This document shows, piece by piece, positions 39,719 through 52,900 of a stretch of 64,000 nt of DNA. The stretch is from the human T2T-CHM13v2.0 reference genome, Homo sapiens. The notes below the pieces were generated by a model that had not been told where the DNA came from, made no database searches, and saw only the letters and a list, made by a program, of their open reading frames with translations. Every line of letters begins with the position of its first letter. Position 1 is the first letter of the stretch. Location of the stretch: NCBI RefSeq assembly GCF_009914755.1, contig NC_060927.1, one strand, 5' to 3'. Both the position numbers and the translations under genes were made by a program.

Positions 39719-40069
39719 AACAGAAGGCTGATTTCACTTAATAATCATCTCAGAAGGCAGAGATTGCTTCAAACTATTGCATAAACAAGGCTGGTTTGTG
39801 AACCAAAGGACATGAGCCCCAAACCTGGAGTCGCAGAGGCAGCATGACAGCACAGACAGCACAGCTTCTGGTGTCAGGCATTCCTGCACTCAAAGTCTCA
39901 AAGAACCTTCCTCCCTAGCCTTCCACCTGAGTTACTTTAGACAAGGCAGCTGTTATTTTATTTAACAAATATATGTATACAGTGCTTACTATGTGCCAGA
40001 TAATAGTCTATGCACTGTACAAATACTAAGTAATCTAATCCTCATTATAACCCTGTGATAGATACACTG

Positions 40070-40415
40070 AAGAGCCACAGTCCCTTATTCAAACCCTTGT
40101 TTGGAACCAGCAGTGCTTGGCATGTCAGAACTTGGGGATTTGAGAAAGATATACAGTATATGTACCATAGGCTTTATAACACCTCATGGCATCTGCAACA
40201 GCATCCTGTTATGAAACATACTAATGGTTCTAGTTTCTGTAGTGACACATATATATGTTGCATAAGTAAAGACTGTAAGTATCCTTGCGTCAACTCAAGA
40301 TACAAGGATACTTTTAGTCAATGTGCTTGTTTCAGGTCAGGTTTTGCTGCCAAATGAATTATAAATCCATTTTTTCATATTTTGGAGCTTTTAACGTTTC
40401 AAAATTGTGGGCCTG
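40070..40415. mobile_element. MER46C-like (TcMar-Tigger) DNA transposon nested in a MIR
   Basis: cacagtcccttattcaaaccctt...aaagactgtaagtatcc...ttcaggtcaggttttgctgccaaatga...ttgtgggcctg. MIR halves at about 39960-40060 and 40416-40520. Confidence 0.7.
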
Positions 40416-40559
40416 TGTTATCCCCATCTTACAGATGAAGAAACTGAGGCACAAGGAGGTTAAACAACTTACCCACATTCATTAGCTCATGGGAGGTGGG
40501 ACTGGGCCACCAACCCCCCGGGTTTTGCAGCCTTGCCGTGAGGACCCAATACAAGGTAG

Positions 40560-41010
40560 ACTTCTGGGTTGAATTTTGTCCTCCAGAATTCATATGTTGA
40601 GGTCTTAACCTTAGTACCTCAGAATAGAACCTTATATGGAAATAGAGTCATTTGAAATATAATTAGTTAAGATGAAGTCATTAGGGTGGACCCTAATCCC
40701 AAGTGACTGGTGTCCTTATAACAAGGAGAAATTTGGGCGCAGAGGCAGGCATGCACACAGGGAGAGCACCATGTGAAGATGAAGGCGGAGCTCAGGGTGA
40801 CACTTCTACAAGCTCAACAATACCAAAGGTTGTTAGCAAACTGCTAGAAGCTGGGAGGGAGGGGCATGGAACAGATCCTTCCCTGCCAGCCCTCAGAAGG
40901 AGCCAACCCTGCCGACACCTTGATCTTGAATATGTGAGACAATACATTTCTGTTGTTTAAGCCACACAGTTTGCAGTGCTTTGTTACAGCAGCCCTGGCA
41001 AACCATTACA
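40560..41010 (+). mobile_element. MLT1C-like MaLR solo LTR
   Basis: gggttgaattttgtcctccagaattcatatgttgagg...ccatgtgaagatgaaggcggag...ttctgttgtttaagccac...gttacagcagccctggcaaacc. Confidence 0.88.
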
Positions 41011-41251
41011 TGATCCTTACCCAGTGCTGGATTCTGAGTGGGAGATCAATAAGTGGTAGCTAGTCATACTTACTATCAGTATGACTGAGGCCTCAGACTG
41101 TTCATTGAAACATAAAGTCAGTAAATTATTTCTAAGACCTCTTTCAAGTTCTGGGTCTAATTTTTTATGTTTATAACATGAAGATAATTCAACTTCACTT
41201 GTACCCCCAATGGCCTGGCTCTTATAGCATTTCTTTGCTGTTTTAAAAATG

Positions 41252-41703
41252 GGAGCCAACCCAAATGTCCATCAATGATAGAGTGTATAAAGAAAATGTG
41301 GCCCATATACACCATGGAATACTATACAGCCATAAAAAAGAATGAGTTCATGTTCTTTGCAGGGACATGGATGAAGCTGGAAACCATCATTCTCAACAAA
41401 CTAACACAGGAACAGAAAACCAAACATCGCATGTTTTCACTCATAAGTGGGAGCTGAACCATGAGAACACATGGACACAGGGCAGGGAACATCACACACT
41501 GGGGCCTGTCAGGGGGTGGGGGACAAGGGGAGGGAGGGCATTAGGACCAGTACCTAATACGTGTGGGACTTACAATCTAGATGACGGGTTAATGGGTGCA
41601 GCAAACCACCATGGCACATGTATACCTATGTAACGAATCTGCACGTTCTGCACATGTATCCCAGAACTTAAAGTAAAATTTAAAAACAACAACAACAAAA
41701 AAA
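41252..41703 (+). mobile_element. 5'-truncated L1PA (PA7/PA8-like) 3' end
   Basis: ORF2 C-terminal remnant (MWPIYTMEYYTAIKKNEFMFFAGTWMKLETIILNKLTQEQKTKHRMFSLISGS), G-rich 3'UTR, A tail. TSD aaa(a/g)atggg at a TTTT/AAAA site. Confidence 0.95.
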
Positions 41704-41714
41704 AGATGGGCTAA

Positions 41715-41831
41715 GCTGGACACAGTGGCACACACCTGTACTCCCAGCTACTTGGGAGGGTGAAGTGGAAGGATCCCTTCATCCCAGAAGTTTGAGACCA
41801 GCTTGGGCAACATAGCAAGACTCTGAACAAT
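41715..41831 (+). mobile_element. FLAM (free left Alu monomer)
   Basis: Monomer ending agtttgagaccagcttgggcaacatagcaagactctg. Perfect TSD agatgggctaa at 41704-41714 and 41832-41842. Confidence 0.85.
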
Positions 41832-41873
41832 AGATGGGCTAATGTAAATGTGGTCTTAGAAAGCAAAACAACA

Positions 41874-42030
41874 AGCCAGGTTCAGTGGCACATACCTGTA
41901 GTCCCAGCTATTCAGGAGGCTGAGGCAAGAGGACTGCTTGAGCCTAGGAGCTCAAGGCTGCAGTGAGCTATGATCAAGCCACTGCACTCTAACCTGGGCA
42001 ACAGAGCAGTACGCCATCTGTAAAGAAAAA
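41874..42030 (+). mobile_element. FRAM-like free right Alu monomer
   Basis: cctgtagtcccagctattcaggaggctgagg...aggctgcagtgagctatgatc. gcaaaacaa on both flanks. Confidence 0.88.
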
Positions 42031-45000
42031 TGCAAAACAAAACAAAGAACATTAAAACCGAAACCATGTGGGCCCTAATTTGCCTGCTGATGTTTCTGCT
42101 TGCATTGTGAATTCACTCAGTCCTTGGCTTTTCTGAGTCTCTTCTGCTTGTGTCTTCAGGCCTGTGGAGTTAAAACCAGTGTGTTCAGGCTACAGATTCT
42201 GCAAAGGAAAGCAGAAATCTAAGTTAGAGGCTCTTTTCTGTGAGTTAAGAGTGTGTTGCTAGAACCCTATTTAGGCTTGGAACATTTTGATTCTTCATGT
42301 GGAAATTTGTCCCAAAACTGCCACTTCACTGAGGAGATAAAAGCTGCTTTAAGAGAGCAGCTTGAATACTTTTTCTGTTCATAGGACAAGGCATGGTTGG
42401 GCCCAGTCTAGGGAAAGAGGTAAAATGATAAAAAGTGTTTTTTTGAGATTTAGTGACAGGAATGCCCATTGTCAAGCTAGCTTGGAGCTTTAAGCCTCTG
42501 CCCTTAACACTCTACCACATCAATTCAGAAAAGGATTTGCTATGGGTGGGGTGTGGTCCCAAACTCTCATCTGTGGAAACAGGACCTCAATGACTTTGTG
42601 TGTTCAAAGAATGGACTTTGGGTTTCCTTCCAGCATCTGATTGTGGCATGTAGTAGTGGTTCTTGGGGCTGCCTCTCTGACTCCCTGTCAGTCCCTCAGC
42701 CTTTGTCCAGGAAGCGGCTCCCAGCTTCTTTCCTGGAAGCACTTTTGCACCAAGTCAAGGGGCCTCTCTCATCTCCCCGCAGCCCAAGCCCCTCCCAGAG
42801 CCAGGGGTGGTTTTAGCATTTGCTTACGGTTTTTCATCTTTGCTCCTTGTTCCTGGATACCCTCTCCTAATTTTAGAAGTGTGTCTTCTCCTATCAGTGG
42901 ATGCAGCCCAGTGGAATTCCGTGGGGATACAAAAATAGTTGCAGGATGGGGAGTATCACTTTTTGGTTGGTGTTTCTATGCAATAACAAATGAGAAATTT
43001 AAATAAGCAAAAAAAACCTGCCTAATCAATTGAACTGCTGGGGAGTAGAGATCACATATTGCTCATTTTTGAATCCCAGGTGCTTGGCACAAAGTACGTG
43101 CTCAGCACATTATTTGTTGAATGAATCCATCTTAGTTTTCTTCCTTCTTCAGAGAGGTGCTCTGACATGCATTAAGTTTAAACGTGGTTGCACAAACAAA
43201 GTTGGAAGATGTTTCTGCTTCATAATAGCTGTCATGAGTCATGTCCAATAAAAATGTCCTGGGATCAGGAGGAAAAGGACACACAGTCCAGATCCAGCTC
43301 AGCCATCACCCAGGCAGCCCCAGGGTCTTCAGCCTCCCTGTGCCTCGGTGTCCTCCACTGCAACAAGAAGGTCATAATTTCTGTTCTGCCTCCCTCACAG
43401 CTGGTTATGAGAATGTGGCAAGAACAGACATGAAGAGATCATACTGGAGGTCCTACTTTTATTGTCATTATTATTACTACATGTAATTGTAGAGTTGAAG
43501 TGCTCATAATTATTTTTTACTACCTCAATCTCTTTTCTTCTCCATGAGCCTTCAAGGACCAAAGCCAGGTTTACCTCCTACCTCAGCTGAAGAAATGTCC
43601 ATCCTGGTGAGGACTTCTTGCAGCTCGACCATCTGCTTGCTCAGCAAACATTTTCTGCATCACAGGTGGAGACTGAAAAGTTAAGTTGTGGAAGACTAGC
43701 TAAAAAACAGTTGTTTGCTGACACAGTTCCTGTGCTTGAAGCTACTCAGAGCAGAAACAGTAGGGTCTTCTCACCCAGAGACTATGCTCCCCAACAGAAA
43801 CCTTGAACCAGCTAGAGAGCTCTCAGCCCCAGTTCTGCCCAGAACAGGCCCAGGAGGTGAGGAGATTTGTTAGGGGCAGCCAGCCAGGGGCCAGCAGAGA
43901 GGCCAGGAACCGAAGCCTCCTGATTCCAGGCCGGTTTTTACTTTACTCCCCACGCCTCTCAGTGGGGGCATTGGTAGGTGGTGCTTTGCTTCCTCTTGTG
44001 TCTTGGTGCAGATGCTGTTGCTAAGGTAACCGGGTAAGCATAAAACAGAAACAGCCCATAGGGTCTTGCTGCCTCCACCTGTGTGTCCAGACAGTTTCCC
44101 ATCCCGGCCAGAGAGACACAGTCAGGCTTATTGATCCAGGCTGAGCATGTGTGTTGGAGCCTGGAGAGAAACGCCTGATCTGTGTGGCAGCCTGTATTCT
44201 CTGAACATTCTTCCTGGGCATGGTTTTAGACAAGATGTTAAAGATGGAGACAGATGATGAGGAATTGAAATTGCTTTAGTATACCAGTTGTCAGTGTGAC
44301 ATGGCTAAAACTGTCCAGGGCCTGGGTTCTTGACATATCCTTGGTTTATTCAGGGCATCTGTAGAATAAGAGGGCTGAAAGTACGGCCTCAACTCTGAAT
44401 TCTGTGTCTAGCTTTCCTGTTGTACCCCAAGATGGAACCCTCCAACTTTCAGACAAGGGACTTTCTTAAAGAGCTATGTGATACTGTGTGGCTGATTTTC
44501 TCTTGTTCCTGGGAAGGGTTAGCTAATTAGTGTGTTAACCAGGGTCTTCCTTACCTCTTTTTCTTAACCCTTCCCTTAGTAGGCCCACCAGGGTTGGTCC
44601 CAAAGGAGAGAGGAGAGAACATAAATGAGCCAGTTTGGCTGCAGTGACAGCTCACAAGATGGTCAGATCATGGAGAGGGACTGAAATTCAGTCTAAGCTG
44701 CAGAAAAGGAGGAGAAGCGAGTACAATTCCTTCATTTCCAACTTTAAGTGGCCCCTGGGAGAAGCAAAGCATGTCCACATTAAGGCTGGACCTCACTTAG
44801 GGACTCCCTGGCTTAGGATCTCACTGTGACTACATCCCCAGTTTCTTTGGGGTGCACGTTGGAAGAGGCAGATCGGTCCTGGTAGCTGGTCATAGAACGG
44901 TGGCCTTTTGAGATCTGAGAGAAGCATGAGATGCTGCAGGGGGCTAGAAACCCAAACCTTGAAATATGAAATCTGCCACCCTTACAGGGGACCACACACA

Positions 45001-45132
45001 CTAACTCAGCCCCTCTCAACAGACACACAAACTTACCACCCACTTTCCAGGCAAATGCAACAGCCAGCTGCTCCCTACATGTCCTTTGCTTTTCTACCAC
45101 TGTCCATTGCCACCTCTCTCCACTTAGCAACA

Positions 45133-45640
45133 TCTATCTTAGACAGGATACATTGGTTGCAAGTTCAGAACCCAACTCATATGAGCTAGGGAAAAGGAGG
45201 GCACAGCTGATATTTGGGAATATCTGGAGTCAGGGGCTCAGAGTTCACGACAACTCTCCCACTCCCACTCTCACCTCTTCTCTCCACTTCTCTCCAGGTG
45301 CCTATTTCATTCTCTCTCATGGCATACTGATTTCGTCCACATTGCAGGAAACACGGCTGCCCAAATCCCTCCCTGCCACACCCACATACAGGAACCTCCT
45401 GAATTTAACCTCTTTAGGCTTTCACTAAAGATATTGCCAGCTTTAAATCTGAAAATCCCAGGTAAGACTAATGAGTGGCTGGCCTTGGTCAGGCGCCCAC
45501 CACTGGACTGTCAGGCAAAGCAGGGCGAGGGCAAGCTCATAGCATGCAGTTCCTATGGGCTGTGGGGAGAGGGCTGTGGGGAGAGGATACTTTCATATGA
45601 GAGAAGAGTGGTAGGCAGACAGCCCCACAGACATCCACAG
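45133..45640 (-). mobile_element. Old MaLR LTR (MLT1K-like)
   Basis: caggatacattggttgcaagttcagaacccaactca...aaaatcccagg...tggctggccttggtcaggcgcccacc. Confidence 0.55.
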
Positions 45641-47519
45641 CAAGGCCTCCCTCCAACTTTAAGGCCCAATTCAACAAAGTTTCTCCAGAATCCTCTTCAG
45701 CTCCACCTGGACTGGAAATAGCCTTCTCCTCTTCTCCACCCTTCCAGTGTCTTCACCTGTACCTCCCCGTGCACTGAACACCTGTTGACCACGTGGTCAC
45801 TATTTGAATAACTTTTCCTATACAAATACTAATGTGTGTCACTGAAGAAAAAAATTGGAAACATAAATAAATAAAGAGAATAAAATAAAAACCACTCATA
45901 ACTGCCATCTGGAGATAATCACTTAGCATTTGGGGGTGTTAGCAGCTGTTAGATTGATGTCTTTTTTTCTCTGCCTACATTCAGCCCTTCAACATCTCAC
46001 CTCTCTGTGCTCCCCCAGAATCACCACAGTGCTTCCCATTCAGCGTGGGCTCCCTTTGAGCATGTTAAATAAGCAGTGAATAAAGGAATAAACAAACGGA
46101 TGAGTAAATAGAAAGTCGGAGAAAAAGCTCTCCTACCCAAAAGTTGCCCCAGAGAAGGTATCAGGAAGGCAAAAGAAAGGTACCAGTCCTCAGAGGGCAC
46201 AGACACCCCACCCTCCCCATTCCTTCCCAGCCTTCTCTGCTCCTATTGGGGCAGAATCAGTGCCAGAAAGTGAGTGGTGCATAGTGAACAGGCCAGGCCT
46301 GGGCCATAAACATTAGTGAAAATACTGTTAGGGACGGAAGCCCTATCCCTGCCATGTGACTTAGAAATGTTGCCCGTGGCTTCAGGGAAAAGAGGATTCA
46401 TGGAAACAACCAAGTCAAGGTCACCACATGCATGCAATATTTTAGGCCCAGCAAGCAATGTGGCATATTCAAAGCTTCTGATGAATGGGTTCCAAGAAAT
46501 CTGATTTTTAGCAGTGCTGTTGACACAGGAGTTGCAACAGCAACCCCCATGACTTGCCCCTCGCTGGGTTGAAGATTATCATTGATTTATCTGGAGCAGA
46601 AACAGCAGGAATCCACATCACGCCTTGGAAGGCAGCCTGGGCAAAGGCAGAGAATTAACAGATCTTTGTTATTAATTCCAATACCACAACTCCTCATGGG
46701 TCCGTGCAGTAAAATCACAGGCTCTCTTGACAGGAGTTTCTCTGTGTTTAAGAGGGCTAGTGTTTGTTTTGTTTTGTTTTGTTTTATGGGGCAGGTCCTT
46801 ATTCTTAATTACAAAGACAATCCCAAATCACAAATATTCATTAATCACACACCAGCTCAAAACATGTTAGGTGCTACAGGAGGTGCAAAATAAGTAGCAC
46901 AATCTCTATATTTCATTCATTTGAGCATCAAACATTTATTGAGGCCGTTCTATGTGCCAAACATTGTGCTAGTCACTGGACTTTATAGCACGGTTATTTT
47001 CCCTTTTAAAAGCGAAAAGATGAGGTTCAGGGAGGTTAAGCAACTTACCGAGCTTGCCTATAGTCACACAGTTTGTAAGAGACTTGGGATGAGAATAAAG
47101 GGAAATAATCTGACAGTTTGTTATTATTTTTATTATCATTGTAGTGCCATTCATGTAGCCTTAGAAAAACTCAACCTCATGCATTTGCATGAGCCTCCTT
47201 TTCACTAACACACAACAAGCCACAATTCATGTTGGGGAGTAGGAAAGTGGTTTGTGCCCATTTACTCTTCCTCCGGTGAACCTCCCAGGAGCAGCTGGTG
47301 TGTGCAAAACCAAGAGCCCATGGCCTTTGCTCTGTTCTTATGCACAGTGGTCTGTTGATAGCTGCCCTCCAAACAGCCCTGGCACAGGGGTCAATCACAG
47401 GCCCACAGCCAGCACAGATGAGCAGAAGGAATGCAAGTTTTGGTCTCCCAGCAGTGCTTTGCTTTTGACCCATATGTTTTTCCTTCTTGACCTGGAAGCA
47501 GCATTTGGGTGCTAAAGGA

Positions 47520-47770
47520 AAGGACCCTGAATGCTGGAGTCTTGCAGGCCAGGGTTTAAATCTCAGCTCAACCTCTTGGAAGTTGTGTGAACTTGGGCAC
47601 AGCTCTTAGCTTCTCTGAGACTTCATTTTCTCCCCACTAAATGAAGGCAATACCCACCCTGCAGAGACGTTTAATAGAGGCAATAACTACCCTGCAGAGA
47701 GGTTCAATTGGGTAACATATGCACGATGTCTGGCACGCACTAATTGCTCATCAATAGTAGCTATTATTAT
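47520..47770 (+). mobile_element. MIR with an internal 33-bp tandem duplication
   Basis: ctggagtc...gggtttaaatctcagctc...tgtgtgaacttgggca...ctctgagacttcattttctc...tctggcacgcactaattgctca...agctattatt. Confidence 0.75.
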
Positions 47771-48840
47771 TGTCCAAACTAGATTTCACCCAAGAAGTGA
47801 AGTCACAATTATTAAGCCATAAACTAATATGCATTTATTAAAGATCTATTTTTAAGTAGGATTGATAATGGTTGTGAGAAAAACCTTGCCCACCCCCTCC
47901 AGCAGTTAGGGACCCAGACAGGGAGTAAATAAAACCCATGGCAATGAACAAGTCACCAACAACTCAAGCATCTGAGATACAAGAGGCGAGAGATAAAATT
48001 TTCCTAGGTGTCTGCAACTTTGGAGATAAGGGCAGTGAGTGTGGGCAGATGGAGGCCCCAGGGAACCCCCTGTCTAGGCCCCCCTGCACTACATCACAGG
48101 TACCCTTCACAGGCCTAGTATCCATGCACTGTTCTTTTCCCCCCTTCTCCAGAGTTTGCTTTTTGGCTCATTCAGGTATTTTCCTTTCTGAGAGTCACTG
48201 GGGACTCAGAGCATCCTCAGGTTATCTGTCCTCAGGCCTAGCCGGCTCCTTGCTGGGTTCTGACCTCACCTCTGGCGTCAGTCTTATCAGGTGTGGACAG
48301 AATCGTCTCCCCAGCTCCTGGAGCTGCAAGCCCAGGATACTCCCCACACCCAGGCCTCATCCGGTATGATGGAGGAGGGCCAGGCACCTCTGGGACTAAA
48401 CACAGTGGTCACCTGCCAAATCAAAATGACCACAGGGGTCTGCAAGCGAAGCCATGAGGCCCAGAATCAGGGAGGAAGGGTGGGGTTTACATAAGTGTTG
48501 ACAAAGAACAGAGCAGATGCCATGCTCCGCCAAGCAGGAAAGAGGGAGGAGGATGCTGGGGAGAAACAGCAACCCTCTGCAGCCCAGGTCTTCATAGGGA
48601 CACTAGCAAAGGGACAACAGGTCATGATGGGGATTTAGTGTCCTCTGGGAATTTTTTCCTCCCAGGGAACATGAAGATCCAGCTGAGCTCAGTCTTAAGA
48701 AATAAGTCTTAGGGTGACTGAATAGGAAGCGAGTGAGCTCACTGGGAACCAGAGAGGTAGACATATTGGGTACCTGGGCAGAGGTACCAGCTGCTCTGTG
48801 TAAACTCATATTCCATAATCAGAAAGCACACTTCATTTCT

Positions 48841-48855
48841 TTTCTTTCTTTCTTC

Positions 48856-48903
<48 letters not shown>

Positions 48904-49188
48904 AGACAGAGCTTTGCTCTTGTTGCCCAGGCTGGAGTGCAATGGTGCGATCTCGGCTCACTTCAACCTCCACTTCCTGGATTCAAGCGATTCTTCTGCC
49001 TCAGCCTCCCAAAGTAGCTGGGATTGCAGGCTCCTGCCACCACGCCCAGCTAACTTTTTTGTATTTTTAGTACATACACGGTTTCACCATGTTGGCCAGG
49101 CTGGTCTTGAACTCCTGACCTCAGGGGATCCACCGGCCTCAGCCTCCCAAAGTGCTGGGATTACAGGCATGAGCCACTGAGCGCAGCC
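48841..49188 (-). mobile_element. Full-length AluS (Sq/Sp-like) with long T-rich tail
   Basis: gctcttgttgcccagg and gcaatgg diagnostics. T33 at 48870-48902. TSD ag(c/t)aca(c/t)ttcatttct at 48825-48840 and 49189-49204. Confidence 0.96.
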
Positions 49189-49809
49189 AGTACATTTCAT
49201 TTCTATGGCACCTCTGGTTTGTTTAAATTTGTCGGCTGGCTTAAGTACTCCTTGGGGTTAATGGCTCAGGGGGGGTGGGAGTGGGTGAGTATTTAATTAG
49301 AATTCATTCCATAGGGGCCTCTTTGTCCTGTTAGGGTCAGCTCCGACCACTTGTTTCTCTGCACCGGGACTGCTGCCTTTATTGGACTTGTTAGTGTCTG
49401 TCAGTAAATGATAACTCATTTGAACTGTCTCCAGAATCACAGTGGTGCAGGGCGCAGAAGCTTCTCACATTGGTGTTTCACATTCTAGGGCTTAGAAGGG
49501 AGGCAGGGGTCAGGCCACTCCTCCAAACCATGGAGACTGCAAGCCAGAGAGCTGGCAGGCACCCAAGGAGCCAGGCCTCATCCTGGGGTGACAGAGAACC
49601 AAGGGAGCTGCAGACCCCCAAGGGGGCAAGCCTGGGACTGGCACCCTGTCAGCAAGAAACTAGTAGGGAACTGTGGGAATAGGCAGGTGGACAGCTGGGG
49701 TCCACAGAAATGGAAAGCCAGAGGAACAGAAAGCATTTCCTTCCCTGCAGGCTACATTCCACGTGCAGCCCCACTGTACTCGGACCTGTGAGCCACAGCC
49801 ACGAATCTA

Positions 49810-50900
49810 GCCTTCAGAAATACTCACATCTGTGCAGAATGACAGGGTGCCACTTTGTTCATTGTACCATTGCTTGAAATAGCAGAAGACTTGGATCAAT
49901 CTAAATCTCATCAATAAAAGTCTGATTAAATAATTCACAGTCTGTGCAGACAGTGGCATACTTCAAACGAAGCGCCTCACACTGTGATGGGGGATGACCT
50001 CCGAAATACATTGCTACATCAAACAAATACAACTAGGTTCAGAACTGTGTATTATCACTTGTTATTTCTTAAAAGGGGGCAAGTAGAGTGGGGAAGGGAA
50101 GAGAATATATATTTATGCACTTATTTATGCATAAACTATCTTTGGAAGGATTCCCAGACTGGTAATATGGTAATATTTTATTCCTCCAGGAAGGAGGGTG
50201 CCGGGATTGGGTGTGAGGGATGGGAGGGGACTGTATCCCAGCCCAGCCCAAACTTAGTAGCTTAAAGCAACCCCCATTCATCCAGCTCAATCTCTGTGGT
50301 TTGGCTGTGGTGGCTGGGGCCTCTCTGCACATGAGGACCAGGAGGCTGGTCCTGCCTTCACAAGGCAGCGTCAGAGTTCCCAGGAGCCAGAGACTCCTGA
50401 GCAGAGCAAGCCCAGTGCACAAACACTTTCAGACTCTTATTTGCATGATGTTTGCTGACATCCTTTTGGCGAAAGCAATTCACATGACCAAGCCCAAATT
50501 CAAGGCAGAGAAATAGACTCCATTTCTTAATGGGAGGAGCCACCAAATATTATGGTCACTTGTTTAAATCTACCTCAAGGTAGGGCAGGGATGATGACGG
50601 AGGGAGAGACTTTTCTCTTTTTAGCCTTTTGAACTTTTTGAATTTGAGTCATGTCAATATTACCTAATCAAAAATAACTAAAAGCTTAAAATTTAAAATA
50701 GATTCCCTGAGATTAGCTTCAAAATAATTCAGCTGTTGAAGGAGATGAGGCAGGGAGAGGGGAGAGTTGAGACATAGGCAAAATGAGATTGGCAGTGAGT
50801 TGGGAACTGCGGAAGCTGGGTGATGAACACAGGAAGGCTTGTAATAATCTACTTTGTGGATGCTCAAATTTCTTGCAGCAGGAATTTTTTTAAATAATAA
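49810..50900 (+). mobile_element. Old L1M (ME/MC-like) 3' fragments, interrupted by an MLT1 LTR
   Basis: tgttcattgtaccattgcttgaaatagcagaagacttgg...atctaaat, gattagcttcaaaataattcag, gaagctgggtgatg. Confidence 0.55.
50232..50577 (-). mobile_element. MLT1H/I-like MaLR LTR
   Basis: ccaaacttagtagcttaaagcaac...tttggcgaaagcaattcacatgaccaagcccaaattcaagg...aatctacctca. Confidence 0.7.
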
Positions 50901-51819
50901 AAAAGAAAGAACTAATAGCAAAAACTCACACTTACTAGACTTACATGGTAAGTGCATTGCCTGCGTCATCCCCTACAAGGTGGTCGGGACTCTTGTGGCC
51001 TTAACAACAGCTTTCTTGAGTGGCAGCTGCAGAGTGAGGCCACAGGGCAGCCTAAAACAGAGAGGAGAGCAGGGAAGAAAGGAACGTAGGAAGCTGCCTG
51101 CCAGTGTGGGCAGGACTTGTAGCTGAAAATCCAAGGATTGGGATGGTATTTGGTGGTGGCATGGAAGGTGAAAAATACTTGATTGTCTCAGAAACACACA
51201 CAGAGCTTATGAGGGTTGGAAACAAGACGGGAGCCTTTCCAAGGATTCCAGACAAACACTATGGGGCATGTGAGCACATTTGAAGGAAAATGACTCAGTA
51301 GGAAATTTTCTCAATAGGTAGATTTTCTTGCCTCTTATCACTCAAAATGGCCACATGTGTGATCCTGGGCCTCCAGTCACCCACATAGCCTGGGCCTGGC
51401 GCTGAAAGGCTGGTCATGGAGCAGTTCTGAGAATGCTATTCTATGGCAGAGGAGGAAATCCTTCACCGTATCTTCTGAGTCCCTGGCCTCCCTAGCTAAC
51501 CCTTAGAACTCTCTCCCTGTTCCAAATGTCTGCTAAGAGTTTTCCCAGAGGCTGTGGCTTCTGAAGCCATGTTCAGCCTCTGTGGAAAGCTCAGCTTTTA
51601 GGTGTGTTCCTGTGAATGCCAGTGCGTGCACCTGCAGATGCTCCTCCTGTGGCGGCTACAAGGTGGACACCTCTGTAGGGGAAGTGACTGTGGTACTTTC
51701 TAGGAATTTAGGGGTGTCCCCCACCCCAACTCTAGGCTAGGGTAGGTGACACCTATATCATGCCTTATTCCTGTCTTTATTGCTGAATCTCCACATTGTT
51801 TAAAATTGTTCATCACTAT

Positions 51820-52270
51820 TCAAAGACTTAGTATTAAAGAATTACTGTTAAGTTTTTAGGTGTGATACTGGTATTGTTAAATTTTGCTTCATCCTTTTAT
51901 TAAGGTATAATGTATATACTGAAAAGTGAACAAATTATATGTGTACAGCTGAAGAGATTTTTAAAAGAGAAAACACCTGTGTTGCCAGCCCGCAAGTCAA
52001 AAAAAGAGATCATCGCAAGCAAGATATTCATGTTGGTTAAAAAAGAATCTTTGTAGTAATATGTCCTTAAGGATCTACAGAGGAAATATTGATGTCTTGG
52101 GTTTGCTTCAAAATAACCTGGAGTTGAGGGAAGGCACAGACTAAACAACGTTGCTCACCAATTGATAACTATGGAAGCTGGTAAGGTTTCCATAGGCCTT
52201 CTATGTATTCTCTGTCTTGCTCTCTGTCTCACATATTTAAAATTTCTCCGATAAGATTTTTAAAACAATC
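51820..52270 (+). mobile_element. Old L1M 3'UTR fragment(s)
   Basis: tattaaagaattactgttaagtttttaggtgtgatactggtattg, gatgtcttgggtttgcttcaaaataac, ttgataactatggaagctgg. Confidence 0.55.
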
Positions 52271-52729
52271 ATTAGAAGCCTTGGCTTTAACTGAAGCAGA
52301 GGTGGCTCTGAGGCATGAGGTAAAAGCTTAGAGGTGAAATTAAAATGTCCCTTTAGGATATTACTTGGTAATTAAGAATCTTTGAGTCTACTGGATTAAA
52401 TATGTAAATAATCTATCTTTTTAAGTGGGTTTTTATGTGCCTATCTTCTCTGTGTCACTGAGAGCTTCCTGCAGGTGCTGGGTTTTATTCCTATCTGTAT
52501 CCCTGCTGCTTATGTAGTACCATTCTTGGCACACAGGAGGTGCTCAGAAGTGCTTGCTGAGCAAATGAATGCTTGAATGTTATATCATATCCTATGACAA
52601 GGTCTAACAGAGCACCAAGGTGGTGTAGGTGCCCAAAACTGCTATATCACTTAAATTGAAATCAACACCACCAACTTCTTTTCTCTTTTGTAGTTGCTTC
52701 CAAACAATAAGTTGCTTAAATCCTAAAAT

Positions 52730-52900
52730 ATCAGAATTGAGAGGGACTTAAAGGTCACTTTGTATAACCTGCTTATGTTCTAGATGAGGAAACCAAGGTC
52801 CAGAGAACTAAGTGAACTTTTCAAGGTCACACAGCTGTTAGGGACAGAGCCAGAGCTAGAGCTCAGCCTTGTTGAGCCCCATCGGGCCTGTTGTTATTAT
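52730..52900 (-). mobile_element. MIR
   Basis: tagatgaggaaaccaaggtccagagaactaagtgaacttttcaaggtcacacagct. Confidence 0.75.

Noticed and set aside
41275-41457. ORF resembling the L1 ORF2p C-terminus
   Set aside because: Real homology, but only the remnant of a 5'-truncated L1 and not a functional gene.
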